A stretch of 64,000 bases of DNA from Verrucomicrobiota bacterium. Lineage in GTDB: Bacteria; Verrucomicrobiota; Verrucomicrobiia; Limisphaerales; UBA11358. Every line of letters starts with the position of its first letter. Positions within the stretch are counted from its first letter, which is position 1. The notes under the pieces are model-generated. The model was given only the letters and a program-made list of their open reading frames with translations. It was not told where the DNA came from and did no database searches. A program made the translations under genes and the position numbers. Location of the stretch: assembly GCA_049523555.1 (NCBI GenBank), contig JBEKMU010000001.1, positions 226-64,225 of the forward strand, given 5' to 3'. Shown one piece after another: positions 1 to 9,567 of the stretch.

Positions 1-2
1 CC

Positions 3-440
3 GCAAACAGTGAGGCACCGCTCACGGGTAATGAACCGCCGCAGGAGTTGTTCCGGCGCGTCCGTGAAATGCGCGAGCGCGGCGAAGAAGTGCCTCCGGA
101 AATCCGTGCGAAAATCCGCGAATTATTTCAAAGCGGCGCGCTGCAAATGCCCGGCGGCGGGCCGGGTGGAGGCGGCAACGCCGGCTTCCGGGCAAACACC
201 GGTTCACAACCCGTGATGCGCACCGTTTACTTGCTCTCGACCGGGGCGTCCTCCGGCACTGCACCCGCACTGCAGCCCGTGCGCGTCAAAACCGGTGTCA
301 ACGACGGCACCTACACTGAAATGATCGATGGCCTGAAAGAAGGCGACGTGGTCATCACCGGCGTGGAGCTGCAGTCCCAGAACTCTGGCCCGGTTTCCGG
401 CGGGGCGAACCCTTTCGGCGGGGGCGCACGGCGGTTCTAA
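3..440 (+). CDS. C-terminal part of a MacA/HlyD-family periplasmic adaptor (membrane fusion) protein; the 5' end lies outside the window
   Basis: The frame is open from nt 3. The tail ...LQPVRVKTGVNDGTYTEMIDGLKEGDVVITG... looks like the C-terminal end of efflux adaptors. It directly precedes MacB-type ATPase and FtsX-type permease genes. Confidence 0.6.
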   Translation, partial: ANSEAPLTGNEPPQELFRRVREMRERGEEVPPEIRAKIRELFQSGALQMPGGGPGGGGNAGFRANTGSQPVMRTVYLLSTGASSGTAPALQPVRVKTGVNDGTYTEMIDGLKEGDVVITGVELQSQNSGPVSGGANPFGGGARRF

Positions 441-456
441 CCGGGGAAATGTTCGC

Positions 457-1218
<762 letters not shown>

Positions 1219-1221
1219 ATT

Positions 1222-2442
1222 ATGAGATATTGGGCCATCATCAAAATCGCCTTTCGCGCATTGCGTCGGAACAAAATGCGCACGATTCTGACCATGCTCG
1301 GCATCATCATCGGCGTGGGCGCGGTCATTGCCATGGTGGCTCTCGGACGGGCCGCCAAGACGCAAATCCAGGAGCGCATCGCCGCCCTCGGCCAGAACGT
1401 CGTCGTGGTCTTTTCCGGCAGTGTCAATCGCAATGGCGTCTTCTCCGGCTTCGGCGGCGCGGGCACACTGACCGTCGATGACGCGTTGGCGATTCAAAAT
1501 GAGGTTCCCAACATTGCCGCGGTCAGCCCGGAAGTCCGCAGCGGCGCGCAAATCATGGCGGGTGAAAATAACTGGAGCACTTCGATCATGGGCGAAAGCG
1601 TTGACTATCTTCCCGTCATTCGTCAATGGAACTTCGCGGAAGGCGGAATATTCACTGAAGCGGACGTTCGGGCTGCCGCCAAGGTCTGCGTGCTCGGCAA
1701 AACCACGGCCGACAAGCTCTTCCCGGATGGCGGTGCGGTGGGCCAGGTCATCCGCATCAAAAATGTCCCGGTCAAAGTCGTGGGCGTGCTCTCGCAGAAA
1801 GGCGTTTCCATGGTCGGCCAGGACCAGGATGACACGGTGATCGTGCCCTACACCACCGGCATGAAACGTTTTGCCGGGGTCACCATGCTGCGCACCATCA
1901 ATGTGTCGGCGACAAGCTCCGACCACGTTGCGGATGTCATCGACGGCATGACCCAGTTGCTTCGTCAGCGGCATCGCATCCAAGCCGGTCGCGACGATGA
2001 TTTCATCATCCGGAATCCGCAGGAATTTTTCGCGACGCAAAACGCCGCCACCGATACCATGACCGCGCTGCTGGCCGGCGTAGCCACTATTTCGCTGATC
2101 GTCGGCGGCATCGGCATCATGAACATCATGCTGGTCAGCGTCACCGAACGGACCCGGGAGATCGGCATCCGCATGGCCGTCGGCGCGCGTGGCCACGACA
2201 TCCTTCTGCAATTTCTCATCGAAGCCGTCACGCTGAGTTCCATTGGCGGCATCCTCGGCATTCTGTCCGGCATCGGGGGCGCAAAAATGCTGACCCTCAT
2301 CAAACACTGGCCCACGCAGGTTTCCGCCAATTCCATCATCCTCGCCTTCGTTTTCAGCGCGGCGGTGGGGATTTTCTTCGGCTTTTATCCCGCGCGCAAA
2401 GCTTCGCAACTCGACCCGATTGAAGCTTTGCGTTACGAATAG
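1222..2442 (+). CDS. ABC transporter permease, FtsX/MacB family with a large periplasmic domain
   Basis: N-terminal TM helix (RTILTMLGIIIGVGAVIAMVAL), a long soluble middle region, and a C-terminal FtsX-like TM bundle (LLAGVATISLIVGGIGIMNIMLVSVTERTREIGIRMAVGA...). Confidence 0.85.
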   Translation: MRYWAIIKIAFRALRRNKMRTILTMLGIIIGVGAVIAMVALGRAAKTQIQERIAALGQNVVVVFSGSVNRNGVFSGFGGAGTLTVDDALAIQNEVPNIAAVSPEVRSGAQIMAGENNWSTSIMGESVDYLPVIRQWNFAEGGIFTEADVRAAAKVCVLGKTTADKLFPDGGAVGQVIRIKNVPVKVVGVLSQKGVSMVGQDQDDTVIVPYTTGMKRFAGVTMLRTINVSATSSDHVADVIDGMTQLLRQRHRIQAGRDDDFIIRNPQEFFATQNAATDTMTALLAGVATISLIVGGIGIMNIMLVSVTERTREIGIRMAVGARGHDILLQFLIEAVTLSSIGGILGILSGIGGAKMLTLIKHWPTQVSANSIILAFVFSAAVGIFFGFYPARKASQLDPIEALRYE

Positions 2443-2445
2443 GGC

Positions 2446-3456
2446 GTGACCACTAAAATCCTGCCCACGCACACGCCCGCGCTGTTTGCCGCCGCCGTGA
2501 AACGCGCGGTGGAATCGCTGCGCGCCGGCGAAGTCGTCGCGCTGCCGACGGAAACGGTCTATGGCCTCGCCGCCAATGCGCTCGATGAAAAAGCCGTTGC
2601 AAAAATTTTCCGGATCAAAGGTCGACCGGCGGACAATCCCATTATCGTCCACGTCGCCAGCGTTGAAATGGCCAAACGCTGCGTGAACGACTGGCCGGGC
2701 AACGCGGACAGATTGGCCAAAGCTTTTTGGCCCGGCCCATTGACGTTCGTGTTGCCCCGCGCGAAGGAAATTCCCGACATGGTGGCTGCTGGCGGCGCGA
2801 CGGTCGGCGTGCGCTGGCCGGGTCATCCGTTCATTCAGGCCGTGATTCGCCAGTGTGATTTCCCGCTCGCCGCGCCGAGCGCGAATTTGTCCAGCCGTAT
2901 TTCTCCGACAAACGCCGGGCATGTGCGGAAGCAACTCGGCGGCAAAATCCCGTTGATTGTGGACGGCGGCCAATCACAGGTCGGCATCGAGTCCACCGTG
3001 CTCGATTTGTCCGTCAGCCCGCCGCAAGTTCTGCGGCCGGGAATGATTCATGCCGAATCGCTGGCTGCGGTGGTCGGTGAAGTGCGAAGTGCGAAGTGTG
3101 AGGTGCGGAGCGGAGAAAATCTGCGCAGCCCGGGTTTGTTGAACAAGCATTATTCGCCAAAGGCGAAGCTCGTCGTATTGAGTTGGCGCGACGAAGCCGA
3201 TTTGAAGTCCCAACTCGTCACCCGTCACTTGTCACTTGTCACTTGCCATGTCATCGCCCACACGCACGTTCCGTCGGCGGAAAATTTCGCGCACGTGAGC
3301 GTGATTCCGCACGACGCGGAGGCGTTTGCGCGGGCAATCTACGCGGAATTGCACCGCGGCGACGAGGCGGGTGCGGAGTTGATCGTGGTGGAGGCGCCCC
3401 CGGAATTGCCGGAGTGGTCGGGCATCGCCGACCGGTTGAAACGCGCAGCGACATGA
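2446..3456 (+). CDS. tsaC: L-threonylcarbamoyladenylate synthase, long Sua5-type (YrdC domain plus Sua5 C-terminal domain)
   Basis: GTG start. YrdC-fold motifs LPTETVYGLAANA, KGRPADNPIIVH and APSANLSSRISPT. C-terminal SPGLLNKHYSPKA and a Sua5-like tail. Contains two heptamer arrays (see repeats). Confidence 0.85.
   Translation: MTTKILPTHTPALFAAAVKRAVESLRAGEVVALPTETVYGLAANALDEKAVAKIFRIKGRPADNPIIVHVASVEMAKRCVNDWPGNADRLAKAFWPGPLTFVLPRAKEIPDMVAAGGATVGVRWPGHPFIQAVIRQCDFPLAAPSANLSSRISPTNAGHVRKQLGGKIPLIVDGGQSQVGIESTVLDLSVSPPQVLRPGMIHAESLAAVVGEVRSAKCEVRSGENLRSPGLLNKHYSPKAKLVVLSWRDEADLKSQLVTRHLSLVTCHVIAHTHVPSAENFAHVSVIPHDAEAFARAIYAELHRGDEAGAELIVVEAPPELPEWSGIADRLKRAAT
3079..3106. repeat. Tandem heptamer array (GAAGTGC x2, GAAGTGT, GAGGTGC) inside tsaC
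   Basis: Read directly: gaagtgcgaagtgcgaagtgtgaggtgc. Translates as EVRSAKCEVRS in the interdomain linker. Confidence 0.8.
3216..3243. repeat. Tandem heptamer array (CGTCACC, CGTCACT, TGTCACT x2) inside tsaC, roughly the reverse complement of the array at 3079-3106
   Basis: Read directly: cgtcacccgtcacttgtcacttgtcact. The core CACTT is the complement of the AAGTG core in the first array. Confidence 0.8.
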
Positions 3457-3469
3457 ATGATCGCGCCGT

Positions 3470-5290
3470 TTACCAGCGCACCCGGTCGGTCAGGAACAAA
3501 CCGGATACAATGGCTGCAGAACCGGATGGTCCATGGGTCAGCGGGAACTTCGACGAAATTTGATTTTGCGCCAGGGCCTTGAGCAGGAAGTTTCCCCAAC
3601 TGTTTTCACCGCCGCGCGCGCAATCGGAGAGCAGTTTGGCATCCATCGTTTCCGGGGTGAGGTAAAGCCCCAAGATGGGTTTCTGATAGTTGTCGCCGAT
3701 GGCGAAGAATTCGTCTTGCATGTTGAGCGTCAGCCAGACGCATTGGTGGTGGCCATACCAGGCGACCGCCCACGGCACGTCGCTCATCATCAATTCATTT
3801 TCCTTCATCCAACCGGCGGTTTTCTGGATGTCCGGTGGATAATAAGGCGGGTAGGCCACTGGCGAGGCTTTCGACGCGCACAAGGTAAAAATCATCGGCA
3901 GGCATGACAACACCACAAAGAACGCGATGACGGCGTAATGGAGTTGCGCCACCGGCAATTTCATTTGCCTCAAAAGGGTCAGAAAGAAAACCCCACCGTA
4001 AATGAACACCAACGGTACTGTCAGCACGATCAGGTTCTCGGAATTCACCTCCGGCGGTTCGATGGAGAGTTCTGTCTGCCCCAAGGCTTGAAAGACGATG
4101 AACGTTCCCAGACACATCAGTAAAAAATAACGCATGCGGCGCGCCGCCGTGCTGCGAAATCCCAGCAACAGACCCGTCAGGAAAAACATGCCGGCCCAGC
4201 TCCCGCCGAGTTTCGGCAGGTCGTTTTCGAAAACGCTGTGCAGATTCCCGAAAAACTTGTGGATGATTGGTTTCAGCAAAAACACGTATGACAAATCCGG
4301 ATGCGCAGACCGTTCCAAAACCGTTCCCGGAAAAGTGGCTCCTTCGGCGATCGCATAACCTGCCGTGCCAAACGGCGTGCCGCTCACCATCCAATTTCGA
4401 ACCACCCATGGCGTCAGCACAATTGCAAACGCGCCCAGCGCCACCATCGCCTCCCACACCCGCCGTTGACTGCCGAACAATGCCAAAAACACCAAGATCG
4501 GAACGATCACCCAGCCAAAGGCATACCGCGTCAACGCGCCCACGCCTGCCAGCACGCCCGCTGTCGCCGCCAAAGCGAGCAGCCACTCCGGGCGCAGTTG
4601 AGATTCGCGCGCCAGTTCCTCAATTTTCAATACGCACCACGCCAACCCCAGAAAAATGACCATCAGCAACAGCGTGGACAGGCCCGACACGCTGAACCGC
4701 CAGAGCAAGGCGCAACCCAGCACCAGCAGCGCCGACAGCCAGGCTGCCGCCGGGTCAAACAATTTCCGCGCCAGAAGAAACGTCAGCGCCATGACCGCCA
4801 GCAAAAGAATTTCGTTGAACACCGCGATTAAAAAATCGGGTTGATAACGCAGGAAACGGCCGTCTCCGGACCAGAATGGTTTTTTCATTTCCACGTCAAA
4901 GTGAAAGTTCAGCACTTTCATCAGCCCGGCCAGCACCATCGGATACACCGGCGGATTGGCCAAATCCGGGTGCGCGGTCTGGATTTGCGCGAAATCCGCG
5001 CCCGCGTTCACCGGCGCGCCCGCCTGTCTTGCCTCGTTGTTTTTTTGCACCAGGTAAAGACTCAGTGGGCGAATAAATAGTGTCGTGTAGCCTTTGCCAT
5101 CGGCGATGTTCCGTGCCAGTTGCGCCGTGTCCATTGCCTCCGGCGTGGAAAAATTCCGATACGCGCGCAAATCATACAAAACTACCAGCGCCATCACCAC
5201 CAGGGTCAGCACGACGCTCCGCAAAACGCGCCGCCCCGCGCCGACCTCCAGTTTGTGAATCAGGTCCTGGACCAATTCGCCTATGTACAT
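3470..5290 (-). CDS. Polytopic membrane protein, probably a GT-C fold glycosyltransferase (family 39 / ArnT / PMT_2-like)
   Basis: 606 aa with many hydrophobic segments. The N-terminal region (AMDTAQLARNIADGKGYTT...) resembles ArnT/PMT-type lipid-linked sugar transferases. Starts 4 nt after the response-regulator stop. No catalytic motif was verified. Confidence 0.5.
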   Translation of the reverse strand: MYIGELVQDLIHKLEVGAGRRVLRSVVLTLVVMALVVLYDLRAYRNFSTPEAMDTAQLARNIADGKGYTTLFIRPLSLYLVQKNNEARQAGAPVNAGADFAQIQTAHPDLANPPVYPMVLAGLMKVLNFHFDVEMKKPFWSGDGRFLRYQPDFLIAVFNEILLLAVMALTFLLARKLFDPAAAWLSALLVLGCALLWRFSVSGLSTLLLMVIFLGLAWCVLKIEELARESQLRPEWLLALAATAGVLAGVGALTRYAFGWVIVPILVFLALFGSQRRVWEAMVALGAFAIVLTPWVVRNWMVSGTPFGTAGYAIAEGATFPGTVLERSAHPDLSYVFLLKPIIHKFFGNLHSVFENDLPKLGGSWAGMFFLTGLLLGFRSTAARRMRYFLLMCLGTFIVFQALGQTELSIEPPEVNSENLIVLTVPLVFIYGGVFFLTLLRQMKLPVAQLHYAVIAFFVVLSCLPMIFTLCASKASPVAYPPYYPPDIQKTAGWMKENELMMSDVPWAVAWYGHHQCVWLTLNMQDEFFAIGDNYQKPILGLYLTPETMDAKLLSDCARGGENSWGNFLLKALAQNQISSKFPLTHGPSGSAAIVSGLFLTDRVRW

Positions 5291-5293
5291 AGC

Positions 5294-6658
5294 TCAAAAT
5301 CCTTCCAGATGATACGCGTGCAATTTGCGATGGAACGTCCGCCGGCTCATGCCGATTTTCTTCGCGGCCAATGTGCGGTTGCCGTCGGTTTCTTTCAAGG
5401 CGCGAATAATCAATTGTTTCTCCGCCTCCTTCACCGTCAGGTCATTGCGGTGCAATAATTGCGGCTCGCCACGACCGCCACCGCCACGCACGGAAGGCGG
5501 CAAATCCCGCGCGCCGATTTTTTCGCCGCGGTAAAGCACCACCGCGTGCTCGATGGCCGTGCGCAATTCGCGCACGTTGCCCGGCCACGAATAATTCATC
5601 AGCGCTTCGAGCGCGTCCGCCGTGAAATCGTTCACCGGCTTGCCGTTTTCGCGCGCAAATTCGCGCAAAAAACTTTGCGCCAGCAACGGAATGTCACCCG
5701 CGCGTTCGCGCAACGGCGGCAGATGAATTTCCACCACGCGCAGCCGGAAAAACAAATCCTCGCGGAACGTCCCGGCCTTGACGAGTTCCTCCAGATTTTT
5801 GTTGGTCGCCGCAATGAGCCGGGCGTCGGCGGTGAGCGTTTTGTTTGAACCGACGCGTTCAAAAGTGCGTTCGCCAAGAAAACGCAGCAGCTTCACCTGG
5901 ATCGTCGCGTCAATTTCCCCGATTTCGTCCAGAAACAGCGTCCCGCCCTGCGCCTGCTCAAATCTGCCAATCCGCCGCTCGTGCGCGCCGGTGAACGCCC
6001 CCTTTTCGTGGCCGAACAATTCGCTCTCCAGCAACGTCGGCGCCAAGGCCGCGCAGTGCACGGTCACAAACGGCTGTTTTGCGCGCGGACTCAACTGGTG
6101 AATCGCCTTCGCAACGAGTTCCTTGCCCGTGCCGCTTTCGCCCGTGAGCAGCACCGTGGCCCGCGTCGGGGCAACCTGCCGGACGATCTCAAAAATCTCC
6201 TGTATCGCTGGCGATTTGCCGACGATGTTTTCGAGGCCGAATTTGGAATCGAGTTGCTGGCGCAACGAAACGTTTTCCGATTCGAGATTTTGCTGGCGCA
6301 ACGCGCGCGCGATGCGCATTTCCAGCTCGTCAATTTGCAGCCGGCCTTTGGCGATGTAATCGTCCGCGCCGCGCTTCATCGCGTCCACGGCCAGTTCCTC
6401 CGAACCGTAAGCCGTCATCAAAATGCAAACCGGCGGTTTGGCCAGCGATTTGGCGCGGGCGATCAACTTCATGCCGTCCTCGCTGGGCAAACGAAAGTCC
6501 GTGAGCAGCACGTCGAAGTTCTCGCGTTCGAGCAAATCCATCGCCGCTTTTGCGTCCTCGGCCACGTAAACGTCGTAACGCTCCTCGAGCGCAGCGCGCA
6601 ACCCGTCACGCGTCGGTTTCTCGTCGTCCACAATCAACAAAGTCGGTTTTTCAGTCAC
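5294..6658 (-). CDS. Sigma-54-dependent response regulator (NtrC family)
   Basis: Receiver domain (LLIVDDE...DVLLTDFRLP), AAA+ sigma-54 interaction module (GESGTGKE, GAFTGA, ELFGHEKGAFTGA) and a C-terminal Fis-type HTH (NRTLAAKKIGMSRRTFHRKL). Confidence 0.9.
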   Translation of the reverse strand: MTEKPTLLIVDDEKPTRDGLRAALEERYDVYVAEDAKAAMDLLERENFDVLLTDFRLPSEDGMKLIARAKSLAKPPVCILMTAYGSEELAVDAMKRGADDYIAKGRLQIDELEMRIARALRQQNLESENVSLRQQLDSKFGLENIVGKSPAIQEIFEIVRQVAPTRATVLLTGESGTGKELVAKAIHQLSPRAKQPFVTVHCAALAPTLLESELFGHEKGAFTGAHERRIGRFEQAQGGTLFLDEIGEIDATIQVKLLRFLGERTFERVGSNKTLTADARLIAATNKNLEELVKAGTFREDLFFRLRVVEIHLPPLRERAGDIPLLAQSFLREFARENGKPVNDFTADALEALMNYSWPGNVRELRTAIEHAVVLYRGEKIGARDLPPSVRGGGGRGEPQLLHRNDLTVKEAEKQLIIRALKETDGNRTLAAKKIGMSRRTFHRKLHAYHLEGF

Positions 6659-6689
6659 AATCTTTCAAGGTCGCGTGAAGAACTTGCGC

Positions 6690-7955
6690 TCATTGGGGTT
6701 CTTCCGCGGTTTCCATTTCGGTTCTTTCTTTCAGCAAACGCGGCCCGCGTTCGTGCAACGGCAGCCAGATTCTAAACGTCGTGCCGCGACCGACGTGGCT
6801 TTCCAATTCGATTCTGCCGCCATGCGCGCGCACGATACGTTGCACAATCATCAAGCCGAGGCCGGTGCCCATTTTCTTGGTCGTGAAAAACGGCTCGAAG
6901 ATGCGGTTGATTTGTTCCGGCGGGATGCCGCCGCCCGTGTCAGTCACGCTCACCCAGACACCATCGGTGCCTTCGCCAGTTTGCAACGTGAGGGTGCCAC
7001 CCTTGGTCATCGCGTGCATGGCGTTTTTGACCAGGTTCACCAGTACCTGCTGCATCTGTGTCGCGTCAATCGGTGTCGCCGTCAACTGCCGCCCCAGCCT
7101 CGTCTTCACCGTCAGACCGCGATTGTCCAGTTCCGGTTGCAGCAGTGCCAGGGACTTTTCCACGACATCGTTGAGGGAAGTGATTTTCAATTGCGGCGGC
7201 GCGGGGCGAATCGCCTGCAAAAATTGCGTGATGATGTAATCCAGCCGCGCAATCTCGCCTTTGGCCACCCCCAGGTATTGTTCCAGCTTGCGGGAAACCT
7301 CCGCGACGTCGGCCTCGGCGGTGAGCGTTTGTGAACGCGTGCGCGAAACCAATCTCGAAGTGGCTCCGGTCGTTTTCAGTTTTTTCAACTCGCGTTCCAT
7401 GAGTTGCAAATGAATGTGCAGCGCGTTAAGCGGGTTGCCGATTTCGTGGGCGACGCTGGCGGCGAGCAGCGTGAGTGCCTGGACGCGCTCGCTTTCGATG
7501 GCTTCAAACGTTTTTTGCCGCGCCTCGGTCGCGTCGTGCAAAATCAGCGCGACGCCGGAACTGCCGGTAGCCTGACCGTCGAGTGGCGCTGCGTAGAGCC
7601 GGAGAAACCGCGGGCGCGGATAATGCACTTCAAATTCGTGGCGCACGACGCGCTCACCGCCCCCGTGGTCGGCCTTGGAAATTTTCTCCCAATCCAATTC
7701 CGGCAAAATATCCGCGATGTGCTGGCCCTCGACATCCGGTTGCAAGCCAATGAGCCGCGTGACCGCCTGATTGAAATAGATGATGCGCCCCTGCTCGTCC
7801 GCGACCAGCACGCCGTCTTCGATGGTGTTGAAAAGCGTTTCGAGAAAACTGCGTTCGCGCGCGAGCCGCTGAACGACGGTTTGAAGACCTTCGGTGTCCA
7901 GCCGACCAATGCGGCCAAGCACTTTGTCAAGAAAACTGGATTTGGGCGCTGGCAT
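6690..7955 (-). CDS. PAS-domain sensor histidine kinase (NtrB-like)
   Basis: PAS-like N-terminus, H-box LLAASVAHEIGNPLNAL, N box LVNLVKNAMHAM, and G boxes VTDTGGGI and GTGLGLMIVQRIV. Confidence 0.85.
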   Translation of the reverse strand: MPAPKSSFLDKVLGRIGRLDTEGLQTVVQRLARERSFLETLFNTIEDGVLVADEQGRIIYFNQAVTRLIGLQPDVEGQHIADILPELDWEKISKADHGGGERVVRHEFEVHYPRPRFLRLYAAPLDGQATGSSGVALILHDATEARQKTFEAIESERVQALTLLAASVAHEIGNPLNALHIHLQLMERELKKLKTTGATSRLVSRTRSQTLTAEADVAEVSRKLEQYLGVAKGEIARLDYIITQFLQAIRPAPPQLKITSLNDVVEKSLALLQPELDNRGLTVKTRLGRQLTATPIDATQMQQVLVNLVKNAMHAMTKGGTLTLQTGEGTDGVWVSVTDTGGGIPPEQINRIFEPFFTTKKMGTGLGLMIVQRIVRAHGGRIELESHVGRGTTFRIWLPLHERGPRLLKERTEMETAEEPQ

Positions 7956-8026
7956 CGTAAAACCAATGATTTCAAAGCAAATCTAAGCGCCAATTTGACA
8001 CAATTTGAGGATTCGTCAATGACAAA

Positions 8027-8782
8027 TCAAGTTGCTTTTGGCACAACGTTTTCGTCAGCTGTGAGCGCCAGAAAAACGTCTTCGAGCGGGCCGGACGCGC
8101 CGCTTTGTTTGCGGAGTTCGTCGCGCGTGCCGACGGCGATCAACCTCCCACAGTGAATGATGCCAATGCGGTCTGCCATCTCCTCGGCCACGCTAAGTTC
8201 GTGCGTGGACATCAACACGGTCATGCCCGCACGCGAACGTTCCTTGAGCGTGTCTTTCACAATGCGCGCGTGCTGCGGGTCGAGGCCGACCATCGGTTCG
8301 TCAATCACAAACACCTCCGGGCCGTGCAACAGTGCGGACGCGATGGCCACACGCTGGCGTGTGCCGTGCGAGAGACTTTCCAGCGGGAGGTTGGCAAACT
8401 CGCCCAGATGAAAACGCGTAATCAGTTCCTGCGCGTTGGCCGCGATGCGCGCGTCGTCCATTTGAAACAACTGGCCGATGAAACGGAAAAATTCCCGCGC
8501 CGTCAGTTTTTCGTAGAGAAACGGAAAATCGGGAACGTAGGCAACGCGGCGACGCGCTTCGAGCGGTTGCGTTTGCACGTCAAAGCCGCACACCCGCGCG
8601 TTGCCGGAAGTCGGCTTCATCAGGCCGGCGAGGATTTTCAGCGTGGTCGTTTTCCCCGCTGCGTTCGGCCCCAGCATCGCGAAAAATTCCCCGTGCGGGA
8701 TGGTCAGTGTCACGTCGTTGACCGCGACGAGGTCGCCGAACTTTTTGACGAGATGGACGAGTTCAATCACAGCTTGTTCCAT
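8027..8782 (-). CDS. ABC transporter ATP-binding protein (ABC-2/DrrA-like) with no adjacent recognisable permease
   Basis: Walker A GPNAAGKTT, signature LSHGTRQRVAIASAL and Walker B VFVIDEPMVGLD. Confidence 0.85.
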   Translation of the reverse strand: MEQAVIELVHLVKKFGDLVAVNDVTLTIPHGEFFAMLGPNAAGKTTTLKILAGLMKPTSGNARVCGFDVQTQPLEARRRVAYVPDFPFLYEKLTAREFFRFIGQLFQMDDARIAANAQELITRFHLGEFANLPLESLSHGTRQRVAIASALLHGPEVFVIDEPMVGLDPQHARIVKDTLKERSRAGMTVLMSTHELSVAEEMADRIGIIHCGRLIAVGTRDELRKQSGASGPLEDVFLALTADENVVPKAT

Positions 8783-9558
8783 TCGTCGAGCACGGCCGTC
8801 ACGCCGCCGGGCAGTTCCACCCGCAAAATTTCGCCCAGCGAACTGACATAAAGGACAATCGGATGATCAAGCACGCGCGTTTCCAGACGATACACGGTCA
8901 CCGGCTCATGGCCGATTATCAGACGGTCACGGTGCGCTTCCCATTTGACGGTGTCGGTAACAGCCGCCGGCGAGGACGGAATAACGGGCAAATCCAGTTC
9001 GTCCGCCAACCCGCCGCCCAGCGCGCGCAACAGCGCATTGGGATTCTGCAAGTCGGCGAAACTCAGGACGCGCTCGAAGTTCGCGCCCTCACTGGTAATT
9101 TTGAAACGCACCGTTTGTTCCGCGGCGACGGAATGAATGTCCACCACCGCATACCGCGTGGACAGTTTCAAGTTCAACTCGCGCCAGGCGCGGACGGAAG
9201 AAAATTGGAGGCGCCCGTCAAATCGCACCCGGTTGGTAAAATTACCGAGATTCACGTTGCCGTTGAAGTGGATTTGATAGCCGCTCTGCGCCACCAATCC
9301 TTCCGGCGGTGGCTTGTCTTCGTCCAGCTCCGCCATGGCCTGTTCGATGCTGGTGGAAAATTGGCAGAAACCGGCCCGGTGCCCGTCCTGATAAATGGAC
9401 AGAGCGGAGATGTCCGGCGCGGTCAGAATTTTGCGCCAGACCAAATCCACCGGCACGGAAATTTCGCCGCCGTGCGAACCATATTCCGCGCGCCACAACA
9501 ACACGTTCATCGCGACCCAAAATGCCGTTATCAAAAAAAATGTGACGCGTGAAATCAT
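8767..9558 (-). CDS. Hypothetical membrane-anchored protein
   Basis: 263 aa with balanced composition and one N-terminal TM (RVTFFLITAFWVAMNVLLW). Its 3' end overlaps the ABC ATPase start by 16 nt. The opposite-strand ORF is Arg-rich and looks spurious. Confidence 0.5.
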   Translation of the reverse strand: MISRVTFFLITAFWVAMNVLLWRAEYGSHGGEISVPVDLVWRKILTAPDISALSIYQDGHRAGFCQFSTSIEQAMAELDEDKPPPEGLVAQSGYQIHFNGNVNLGNFTNRVRFDGRLQFSSVRAWRELNLKLSTRYAVVDIHSVAAEQTVRFKITSEGANFERVLSFADLQNPNALLRALGGGLADELDLPVIPSSPAAVTDTVKWEAHRDRLIIGHEPVTVYRLETRVLDHPIVLYVSSLGEILRVELPGGVTAVLDEWNKL

Positions 9559-9567
9559 GCAAACCCT

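Noticed and set aside
8036-8053. tggcacaacgttttcg as a sigma-54 promoter candidate (TGGCAC-N5-TTGC)
   Set aside because: The -12 element is poor (TTTC). The site lies inside the 3' end of a minus-strand CDS, and no plus-strand gene lies downstream.
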